Source: Macrostomum lignano
Taxonomy: Eukaryota
Reading direction: 5' to 3'
DNA length: 64,000 nucleotides
Assembly (NCBI GenBank): GCA_002269645.1
Contig: NIVC01001631.1
Coordinates: 27,886-91,885, forward strand
Notes under the pieces: model-generated
The model's database searches: none
The model's input: the letters and a program-made list of their open reading frames with translations, nothing else
What the model was told of the DNA's origin: nothing
Shown here: piece by piece, positions 49,930-60,630 of the stretch
Position numbering within the stretch: the first letter of the stretch is position 1
Layout: each line of letters opens with the position of its first letter
Program-made: the position numbers and the translations under genes

Positions 49930-52320
49930 CTTATGAAGATTTGAGCTTATGAATATTCGAACTTATGCAATTTTGAGCTTGTGAAGATTCGAGCTTGTGA
50001 AGATTCGAGCTTGTGAAGATTCGAGCTTGTGAAGATTCGAGCTTGTGAAGATTCGAGCTTGTGAAGATTTGAGCTTGTGAAGAGTCGAGCTTATGAAGAT
50101 TCGAGCTTATGAAGATTCGAGCTTGTGAAGATTCGAGCTTGTGAAGATTCGAGCTTGTGAAGATTCGAGCTTGTGAAGATTCGAGCTTGTGAAGATTCGA
50201 GCTTGTGAAGATTCGAGCTTGTGAAGATTCGAGCTTGTGAAGATGCAAGATTATGAAGATTCAAGCTAGTGAAGATTCGAGATTATGAAGATTCAAGCTT
50301 GTGAAGATTCGAGCTTGGGAAGATTCGAGCTTGTGAAGAGTCGAGCTTGTGAAGATTTGAGCTTGTGAAGATTCGAGCTTGTGAAGATTCGAGCTTGTGA
50401 AGATTCGAGCTTGTGAAGATTCGAGCTTGTGAAGAGTCGAGCTTGTGAAGATTTGAGCTTGTGAAGATTCGAGCTTGTGAAGATTCGAGCTTGTGAAGAT
50501 TCGAGATTATGAAGATTCGAGCTTGTGAAGATTCGAGCTTGTGAAGATTCGAGCTTGTGAAGATTCGAGCTTGTGAAGATGCAAGATTATGAAGATTCAA
50601 GCTAGTGAGATTCGAGATTATAAAGATTCAAGCTAGTGAAGATTCGAGCTTGGGAAGATTCGAGCTTGTGAAGATTCGAGCTTGGGAAGATTCGAGCTTG
50701 TGAAGATTCGAGCTTGTGAAGATTCGAGCTTGTGAAGATGCAAGATTATGAAGATTCAAGCTAGTGAAGATTTGAGCTTGTGAAGAGTCGAGCTTATGAA
50801 GATTCGAGCTTATGAAGACTCGAGCTTGTGAAGATTTGAGCTTGTGAAGAGTCGAGCTTATGAAGATTCGAGCTTATGAAGATTCGAGCTTGTGAAGATT
50901 CGAGCTTGTGAAGATTCGAGCTTGTGAAGATTCGAGCTTGTGAAGATTTGAGCTTGTGAAGAGTCGAGCTTATGAAGATTCGAGCTTATGAAGATTCGAG
51001 CTTGTGAAGATTCGAGCTTGTGAAGATTCGAGCTTGTGAAGATTCGAGCTTGTGAAGATTCGAGCTTGTGAAGATTCGAGCTTGTGAAGATTCGAGCTTG
51101 TGAAGATTCGAGCTTGTGAAGATGCAAGATTATGAAGATTCAAGCTAGTGAAGATTCGAGATTATGAAGATTCAAGCTTGTGAAGATTCGAGCTTGGGAA
51201 GATTCGAGCTTGTGAAGATTCGAGCTTGTGAAGAGTCGAGCTTGTGAAGATTTGAGCTTGTGAAGATTCGAGCTTGTGAAGATTCGAGCTTGTGAAGATT
51301 CGAGCTTGTGAAGATTCGAGCTTGTGAAGAGTCGAGCTTGTGAAGATTTGAGCTTGTGAAGATTCGAGCTTGTGAAGATTCGAGCTTGTGAAGATTCGAG
51401 ATTATGAAGATTCGAGCTTGTGAAGATTCGAGCTTGTGAAGATTCGAGCTTGTGAAGATTCGAGCTTGTGAAGATGCAAGATTATGAAGATTCAAGCTAG
51501 TGAGATTCGAGATTATAAAGATTCAAGCTAGTGAAGATTCGAGCTTGGGAAGATTCGAGCTTGTGAAGATTCGAGCTTGGGAAGATTCGAGCTTGTGAAG
51601 ATTCGAGCTTGTGAAGATTCGAGCTTGTGAAGATGCAAGATTATGAAGATTCAAGCTAGTGAAGATTTGAGCTTGTGAAGAGTCGAGCTTATGAAGATTC
51701 GAGCTTATGAAGACTCGAGCTTGTGAAGATTCGAGCTTGTGAAGATTCGAGCTTGTGAAGATTTGAGCTTGTGAAGAGTCGAGCTTATGAAGATTCGAGC
51801 TTATGAAGATTCGAGCTTGTGAAGATTCGAGCTTGTGAAGATTCGAGCTTGTGAAGATTCGAGCTTGTGAAGATTCGAGCTTGTGAAGATGCAAGATTAT
51901 GAAGATTCGAGCTTGTGAAGATTCGAGCTTGTGAAAATTCGAGCTTGTGAAGATTCGAGCTTGTGAAGATTTGAGCTTGTGAAGAGTCGAGCTTATGAAG
52001 ATTCGAGCTTATGAAGATTCGAGCTTGTGAAGATTCGAGCTTGTGAAGATTCGAGCTTGTGAAGATTCGAGCTTGTGAAGATTCGAGCTTGTGAAGATTC
52101 GAGCTTGTGAAGATTCGAGCTTGGGAAGATTCGAGCTTGTGAAGATTCGAGCTTGGGAAGATTCGAGCTTGTGAAGATTCGAGCTTGGGAAGATTCGAGC
52201 TTGTGAAGATTCGAGCTTGGGAAGATTCGAGCTTGTGAAGATGCGAGATTATGACGTTCAAGCTAGTGAAGATTCAAGCTAGATTGTGAAGTTATGAGCT
52301 TATGAAATTTAGACCTTATA
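49930..52320. repeat. 16-bp satellite GTGAAGATTCGAGCTT with ~0.88-kb higher-order repeat
   Basis: Direct reading; variant blocks recur at 50242/51121 and 50578/51473. Confidence 0.97.
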
Positions 52321-52557
52321 AAATGCCCCAACCTCTCTAACAAAGACTGTCATGTCAGTGAAGCATGAAAATTTTCTGTTAAACTTCTTTGCACACAATA
52401 AAAAAGATTCGCTTAGCAGCAGAAATACCAAACTTTCTTAGAATCATTTTTACGCAGAATATCTCGCTGGGCGACTTGAGTCCTGCTTGAGGAGTCTTGA
52501 TTCTTAAACACACCACTAAGCACCGTTAGTTGGCTGAGCCGGTTTAGTTGGCTCACG

Positions 52558-53235
52558 TCACGAGCAGCAGCCGCTGCCGTCTTCAGTTTCCCCAGTCCCG
52601 TTTGCGGTCAGGCGGACAGCTGCTGCTGACGCAGACGAGTTCACTCCCCGTCCAACCCGGACACCGTCCCAGGCTGGCGACATGCCGGCGTAACGGCCGG
52701 CCATAAGCAGGCAGTAGACCCGCTCGGCCAGGCTGCGGAAACAGGCCTCAACATTGTGACCGCTGATCGCGCTGGTCTCAATATAAGCCAACCCAAGCTG
52801 CTCGGCCAATCCGGACGCTTCGTCCAGGCTAACCGTCCGCTGGCCGGACATGTCCGCCTTCTGGCCAACTAGCAGCAGGCCCGGATCCGGACAAGTCATA
52901 TTCAAACGGGCCTCCTTAAGCCAAGCTGACACGCTACTAAAACTATCCCGATTAGTGACGTCAAAGACAATGAGAGCGGCTACTGCATTGCGATAATAAG
53001 AGCGAGTGATGGACCGGAACTTCTCGTGGCCGGCCGTGTCCCACAGGGTCAGCTTGATCCGGCTGCCGTCCGGCAGTTGAACTAGGCGAGCAAAGAAATC
53101 AACACCGACCGTGGCTTCGCAGGCCGTGTCGGCTGAGCCTTCGACAAAATAGCGAACTAGGGACGACTTGCCAACCATGGTGTCGCCAATGATGATCACC
53201 CTGAACTGGTAATCGAACAGCGGCCCGGGCAGCAT
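52558..53235 (-). CDS. Rab39: Intronless Rab39/Rab42-like small GTPase, 225 aa
   Basis: YQFRVIIIGDTMVGKS, TVGVDFFARLV, WDTAGHEKFRSITRSYYRN, GQKAD, ETSA, the WDGVRVG motif typical of Rab39, and a C-terminal CCS prenylation signal. Confidence 0.85.
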   Translation of the reverse strand: MLPGPLFDYQFRVIIIGDTMVGKSSLVRYFVEGSADTACEATVGVDFFARLVQLPDGSRIKLTLWDTAGHEKFRSITRSYYRNAVAALIVFDVTNRDSFSSVSAWLKEARLNMTCPDPGLLLVGQKADMSGQRTVSLDEASGLAEQLGLAYIETSAISGHNVEACFRSLAERVYCLLMAGRYAGMSPAWDGVRVGRGVNSSASAAAVRLTANGTGETEDGSGCCS

Positions 53236-53384
53236 GACACTGTCCAGTGTGTCTCTCTCCCTTTGTTAACAGTCTTTTAATTCAATATACCAATTGATCG
53301 GCCTCTCTGAAACATTAGAACAACATATCGTTGGAAGTAGCGCTTCCAATGTATGCTTGCAGTTCTGCGATACTTCAGTACAGT

Positions 53385-53880
53385 AAGGACTGGTGGGTGG
53401 CTTAGCCTAGCTGACCGAACTGTACAGTAAGGCCTGGTGGGTGGCTTAGCCCAGCTGACCGAACTGAACAGTAAGGCCTGGTGGGTAGCTTAGCCCAGCT
53501 GACCGAACTGAACAGTAAGGACTGTTGAGTAGCTTAGCCCAGCTTACCGAACTGAACAGTAAGGACTGTTGAGTAGCTTAGCCCAGCTTACCGAACTGAA
53601 CAGTAAGGACTGTTGAGTAGCTTAGCCCAGCTTACCGAACTGAACAGTAAGGACTGTTGAGTAGCTTAGCCCAGCTTACCGAACTGAACAGTAAGGACTG
53701 TTGAGTAGCTTAGCCCAGCTGACCGAACTGAACAGTAAGGACTGTTGAGTAGCTTAGCCCAGCTTACCGAACTGAACAGTAAGGACTGTTGAGTAGCTTA
53801 GCCCAGCTTACCGAACTGAACAGTAAGGACTGTTGAGTAGCTTAGCCCAGCTTACCGAACTGAACAGTAAGGTCTGGTAG
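53385..53880. repeat. 44-bp minisatellite ACTGTTGAGTAGCTTAGCCCAGCTTACCGAACTGAACAGTAAGG upstream of the Rab39-like gene
   Basis: Direct reading, ~11 units. Confidence 0.95.
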
Positions 53881-56028
53881 GTAGGCTACCAGAGAACTAT
53901 ATGATATTAATAAAAGAGCGCCACAAAATAATGACTAACAATTGTAGGTCACTAGACGATAAATAATTGACAAGGTCACACACTAAAATAACACAACGAA
54001 GAAACACAAGCACTTGTTTATTTATTTCACGTGTAAAGGCAGTGTGAACTACGAGCTACATTAGTCAATTAATTAAAAGAAACGCACTTCACTCATTGTA
54101 CACAAGAGCAGCGAAAAGTTGCATATTGGTTTAACAGTAAACCTACAAGAATGCCTTCTGAATGCCAAGAACACACGATAGTCTGTCTAAATAAAATAGT
54201 ATTCAAGCCGTCATCAGAAAGTGCAGTTGAGATAGCACACTATAAAACTAAGGACTGCCCAGCGAAATATAGCCATACAGTAAAAGAGCAACACATCTAC
54301 TCACCGGATTATCACTCTAACCTTTCTATCTCAAACCATATCTTTGCAGCTCGCTATTAGCTTTCAGACACCCCCCGAGGTTATCCCTACGCTAAGAAGC
54401 CGTTGCAGACTTCTTCAAGGTAGGAAAATCGACATTGGAGAGACTACAGCACTTGCGGTCGCGGCGATTGCGATACTCGTAGTGGCGAAGGTGACTGAGG
54501 AGGACGAATGTAACATGAAAGAGCTTGTAGTGCAGAAGACCGGTGATTTGGCACCGGTGGACTTTTGGCGGTCCCGTAAGTCAACACTAGCATCGCCGGT
54601 TGCAGGCTTGACACGAAGCAGCAGGTGAAGACTGCCTTAGCTTAGAGGGAGGTCACGGACCTCATCCCAATGAAAACAGTACCTAGGCCAAGAAGGCAGA
54701 AGCGTCCCTAAAATATAAAATAAGCGACTCTAGACGACGACTCTCAAACGACGAGATGTCACGGTACAAGTCACCAAGGTCGTCAAAGTTGCCCAAGAGT
54801 TAATTTGAGGCGCGACAGAATCGCTGCATGCCTGAATCACCGAATTGCGTCTAAAGTGCATCTTTAACTAACACTACTCTTGTAGTGTCGTACGAGTCGC
54901 GAAGACTTCCAACTCACGTTATGCGCTCGTGACGCAACAGAGTCGTTTCTCATGGTCACCTCTCCATCGATTTACAGTCGTCTGAGTCGTTTAAAAAGTC
55001 TCAAGAGTCGCTAGAGTCACCAGTGAGTTGTATGCAATATCTAAAGATTATTGTCACGGTAACGTTTTTAACGGACATGCCCACCTCAGCCTTTGCTGAG
55101 GCCTCCAACAAGTAGATGACGAGGTGACAGAGATTCAGTGAGAGAACTGAAGACTATGTTGAGATGCAAGAGCGGTTTTGTCGAATTTCGTTGCTCTGTT
55201 TTAGAAATTTAGCATCAGCCCTAGGTTTCGCCGGACAACCCTCGTATACAGGAAAAAATTCAAACTCAGAGTAGTAACAGGGGACCAGTAGCTTAATCCG
55301 CTGGCAACTGAAATGGTTGCCTGTACCTGGGAGAAAATTATGGTGGACACAGCGAAGTCGCAAATGCACGATGCATTGTTAGAGATTATCTAAAAAAAGA
55401 ACACAGAAGAAAAAAAAACAGACAGACAGACAGATTAACTGCTCAACAACAACAACATACACAGAATCATTTCACGGTGCAAAAGAAGCAAGTTTAGTAG
55501 AATTTTACAAATTTATGTTTATTACACACCTGAAAAGACACGGGGAAAGAGGTCAAATGAATGGAGAAGTTCAAAAGCACCAGCTGTAAATATTCGTCAT
55601 AAATTGTTATCGAATACCTCGCTAGTTCGCTATTTTGTCAAAGGCTCAGCCAAAAGCCTCACCTGCAAAGCCATGAGGTTAAAATTGGCTAAAATTTAGC
55701 ATTGCATTGCGACTGCTGGGGGGGGTGAAGGGGAACTGCATGGTCCGAATCGAATGTAAGATTACCTATCATATTAGTCTTACATTGATCCATTTAAGTT
55801 TCAAAATTTATACGCTGATATTTTCACCAAAAGTTGTGACAAACCGACACAAAGATATAGGTAGTGAAACCAAACTTCTACACAGAGAAGCAATGGAAGC
55901 ACCGGTTCTTGTAAATATACGGAAAAAAACACTTGATGTATAGTTTTAAGAAAATAACATCGAGAGAAAGTCAGTATTACATATTCGTCGATCTAAATTG
56001 CACCTGAAAAAATAGCCAACATTTCCCA

Positions 56029-58860
56029 CTACCACAATTTGGGATATTCGTCCGGTAGCAAAGAATAATTCCGACAGGTGGGACACACTGAGCACTCCTG
56101 AAACCAGCGACGAATACAGGCGTCGTGAAACAGGTGATCACAGTCTAGCCGGCGCACCTGTTCCTTCTGCGGGTTCAAGCTGTCCAGACAGACAATGCAG
56201 GTGTCCTCTTCGGCGCTGCCAGAAACAGTTGCTGAAGTTCTGCTGGCATTGCTTCCGTTTAACTTGTAGGCAGCACCGCCATTGGACTGCTGCTGCTGTC
56301 TATGCCGAAGGTGCTGCTGCTTAGCCTGATGCTTATCGATCAGAATATTAATTAATTGTTGCTCAATTTGAGCACCAGGCCTGACGGTCATGCTGGCTAA
56401 GGCCTGACTAACCTGATCAACTGTCACGTACGGCAGTATCTGAAATGAAGCAAATTTTTAAATCGTTCAAAAGTTTTTCAATGTCGAAGCTCTCCGACAC
56501 TAACTATAGTACTCCATCATATCGTAGTAAGATGCTCAAATTTATTATGCCAAATTGAAAATTACCGAGGTTTGGACAGCTGGCATCAGTCAAAAAGTTC
56601 GAAATCAAATAAAATATCTTTAATATCGCTGAGCCTCTCTGCAGCAGAAGCTGCAGAACTCTCCAGACTCCATGTTTACAGGGTGCTCAAATTTGACTAT
56701 TGTTAGAGGTCTTGAATTCTAATAATTAAAAAATTATTGACATTTAAAAAACGTGGCTCAGCCCCAATTTTGAATTTTACTGGCTGTTCCTTGGGTACAC
56801 ATTGTTCCACCACGCTATCAAAGCCTCAATATCATTCCTAGCAATTCTTAGAAACTACAAATTTCATAATGTCACGAATTTCGCTTGCTTGTGAAGCAAT
56901 CCACTAGCATCACCAAGAATTTAACTTTGGGTCTTTACCGCAGATACTAGAATAACTAGATAAGATGGGCCACTCAGCACATTTGCGTGTAGGCTACTTT
57001 CAGTTCAGTAGTAAGTTAACAGAAGCATTTTAATGTATTTTAAAGCCCAGGCTCATTTATTGGCTCTTACATCCCCCTCCCCAAGCTTAAACCCTCTAAC
57101 CGCGGCCTTTCCACGCTACCCCGCCCCACCCCCCAATTTTTATTGCCTTTCTCGGAGTTCCAGCCTAAAGCTGCTATGTACATTTCAGTGAACTGGCTAA
57201 TGTACATTATTGCTGAACCAATTAGCAAGTTGTTTACGCCTAGAAGTTGGGCTTCTAAACTTATCAAAGTCAGCTGCCTTTATTTTTATAAAATAGCTTA
57301 TGTATTCTTCTTTGCTACTGAACTGAAAGTAGAAAGCAATTTTACCAAGTATATATGCCTGAGTGGCATATCTATAGTTATTTTTGTATCTGTGGTCTTA
57401 ACTCACGAAAATATTCTCAAGTTTCAGAGGAAATGCTATAGTGACTGTACAAGGTCAAAACCTAAATTTAGTTCATCCAAAAAATTCTTTCTTTATTTGT
57501 TGCCTCTACAAAGAGGGGGGAAGGCGCAGATTGCTAGCCTCGGTGCTAAATATTTTCCTACCTTTTGCACCACAGGCATGTACTTTAGTGCGCCTCTCTG
57601 CTGCTCGGTCAGATCTCCATGAGCGCTGGCAGTCGTGCCGGCTCGCGGACCAATTGGACCAGGCAGGCTGTTGCAAGGCAAGCTGACGTTAACTGATCTC
57701 GGCCGAGCAGCCGGAGTCGCGGCCTGCGGCGGCTGCAATGAAGGCGGTGGCGGCGGCGGCGGCATCTGCTGCTGCTGCTGTTTAGCAGTTTCCGCCTCGA
57801 GCTTCAGCGCTTTTAGGTCTGGCTTTCGTGGCGAGCGAGGCACCAATTTTTGGAATTGAGTCTTCACGTTGGCCGCCTTGAATTCTTCTTGCGTGTCAAG
57901 TTTGGACCTGGGCGCAAACAGAAAAAGAAGATTTGAAGCTATTTGATATTTCAGTGCACAATCAGAACAACTGCTTTTAATTTGGGAGTATGAAAGTTAA
58001 AGCCATTCTTTATTCACTCATCCCATCCGGTCACTACGTTTTTGCCTATGGGATTGGGCACAAGTTGTGGCTGGATTAATAATGTACAAAGTGTTAAAAA
58101 TGCTCAGATATTTAAGAAAAGTGTATGAGAATAAACAAAGAAAAATAACAACAAAAAAGATAGTATTGAGCAGGATCCTTCGTGCAGTAGTCGTATCTCC
58201 GACACTTCATATCTCCGACAAGCTTAACCCTAACTCCAAGCTTAAGCTTTAACTCTAACGGAGATATGAAGTTTCAGGGACATGAACCCCCTTTATTGGC
58301 ATGGCTGTTACTTAATAGTGCCATCGCTGACGGCATGACTGAGTCAGGTGACTCAGCGAAGTGGTCTTGCTTAATTGATATAGCTTGTACATAAAATAAG
58401 TATTTTCTAAGCGCGAAATAACTCAATACTTAGATTTCTGGGCCAAACACTTACCGGCAGTCGGTGCGCAGCTGTTTTAGCGCGATCCGGCTCTGATCTA
58501 GTTCGGTGCAAAACTCAACCCAGATTTGCTCAGCCGCTGTTAGCGCAGCCGTATGAATAGCTCCAGCCGCCGCCTCATTTAACGATGCTATAACAGCTCT
58601 GGCGTCATTTTCGCGCTCCTTAACCATGCTCATAGCTAGCAGATAGTGCAGATCGACTACCTCGCTTTTAAATTCTTTAGAGGCTTCAGCAGACTCGGCG
58701 CAGGCCAACGAAAACGCATCGCGTTGTTGTCGCAGAGCGTCATTCTCTCGACGCAATGTGGCAACTTGATCGCGCAAACTATCGGTCTCGTTCTTTAATA
58801 GGTTTATAGGGCATCGCGGCGAACAGGGCTGCATTTATTTGGCTTTCGCTGGGAAGGCGG
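56029..58860 (-). CDS. DZIP3/TTC3-type coiled-coil plus C-terminal RING-H2 E3 ligase; exons ~58860-58455, 57907-57562, 56439-56029; 5' end unresolved
   Basis: RING-H2 CIVCLDSL...LDCDHLFHDACIRRWFQECSVCPTCRNYSLLPDEYP resembles the recalled DZIP3 C-terminus (CPTCRLHVLLPEEFP). Junctions cg|gtaagt...ccag|g and aag|gtagga...ttcag|ata are phase-consistent. There is an upstream coiled-coil exon. Confidence 0.7.
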
Positions 58861-60630
58861 CTGAATTCGTGTTGAAGCGAAAAACAATGAGTTTAGCAAT
58901 TAGCTTGTTGTTGTTTGCGTGACCCTTTCTAAATAGAGACCTCTCAAACGATAAAATAATAAAATCAGTTCAGTGTGATCTATCTGAGTGAATAAAGAAT
59001 GTACACTAGCTTCTTCGCCTAAAATAGTAATATGCGTACATCCAATCCAATCTAATCTTATCTAAAGTCAAAACCCTAGCCTGGTCATGCATTCCTTCCC
59101 CTATCGTACACTGTACATGGCGGATAGACTTCTGTTTTATCAGTTAATTTAGTTTACGCCAGTCTAACCAGTCTGAGTGAGTGTTATAAACAAGAGCTGG
59201 TCGTAAAACCACCCACCCCATTCCGCCGCTCCTTTTACTAATCCACCTATACTAAATCTCTAAGATATCTTTTTACTAAATATCAAAAGTACAAGACCAT
59301 GGGATGGACCCAAAGCTTTGATAAAAGCACAAGGAAGTGTTACCCTAGTGGGATCATTAAGGTTAGGGTCAAGTAAGCTTAGGCTTGTCAAGACGTTAAT
59401 GATCAGAGCTCGAAGCTCAAAATGGTTATAAAGTGCAAGCAAGGCTCAAGCTCAAGGGGAGAATGCTGAGATGCCAAAGGATCAAGGATTTAACTGCTTA
59501 ACTTAAAATTGAATCAGCCAACTATTAATTATCTGGATTAGTATAAGCCAATTTTATGACACTAACAACTTACTCAATATTTTAGAGGACAAAATATTCA
59601 TAAATAACTATTCGAAAGCCAAACACAAAAGTCAAATTCACGACACTACAATTATTTCTCATTCTATTTAAAGAAAAACTCGTAGATAAGAAATGAGGAT
59701 ATATATATAACTTACAGGCTAATAATCCCGCAGTTTAGTACACGAGAAGAAAAAGTACCCATACACAAAAAATTATCATATGCACACGCATTATGATATT
59801 CACACAAGTGAGCTGTTTGTTAGCTATATAAACTTTGCTTGCAAAGACTGACAATTAGTTAGTTATGTCCCAGGTAAGAAATTAATAAATATAGAATTAC
59901 GGGTTACGAAGAGACTGCACCAGCAATAAAATAATTAGTAGATAAATAAATTGTACTTTGGCTTGGACTGTGTGACAAAACTGATCGCGCGCGAGGTTAA
60001 GAAAATTGGTTACTGTTGGTACTAAATAATATTATAAGCAATACAAGCCACAGCTGTTTCCATCTACAGAGGCCATGGACTGACAACATTTCCTGGGACG
60101 CTTTTAGTAGAAGAAAAATCCAGAAAAAAGATTATCACAGTACATATATTAGTAATAATAGTAATAATAATAATAGTAATAAATAAAAAATGACGCGAAG
60201 ATGACTTACAGTAGCGAAAAGAGCAACAAAAAATGGGTGTCGAATGCAATGCAGTTATGGGCTGACAGACGATGCACGGAAGTATTTTTGGGTACACAGA
60301 AGCAAAATGAAAGCAACAGTAACACAGTGTCTTTCGTACTGAAATAATTAAAATTAATATTCACGTATGCTACTACATGAGCACGTAAAAGCCATACAAC
60401 ATGAGTTATAGGATAGTTTTAATCCAATATCTGATGAACTCTGACTAATAGCAGTAGTATCCTTTGGACACTATATACATAACTAAATTAATAGCACGAG
60501 ACGGATGGTGTTGCTATTACAGGTAAGGACTCTCTGGTTCACAATATTGCAAGCAAGAAGGGCACAGCTACATCTCCCTTCTCGCACTCCATTGTTACTG
60601 CTTGCTTCTGCTATATTTATTGCCAAGTTA

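Noticed and set aside
53385-53880. 44-bp and 62-bp (11256-11905) regular repeats as CRISPR-like arrays
   Set aside because: Units are head-to-tail with no unique spacers, there are no cas genes, and the context is eukaryotic.
54720-55025. Weak inverted similarity (GCGACTCTAG...GACGAC versus GTCGT...GAGTCGCTAGAGTC)
   Set aside because: Arms are too degenerate and there is no TSD, so it cannot be called a MITE.
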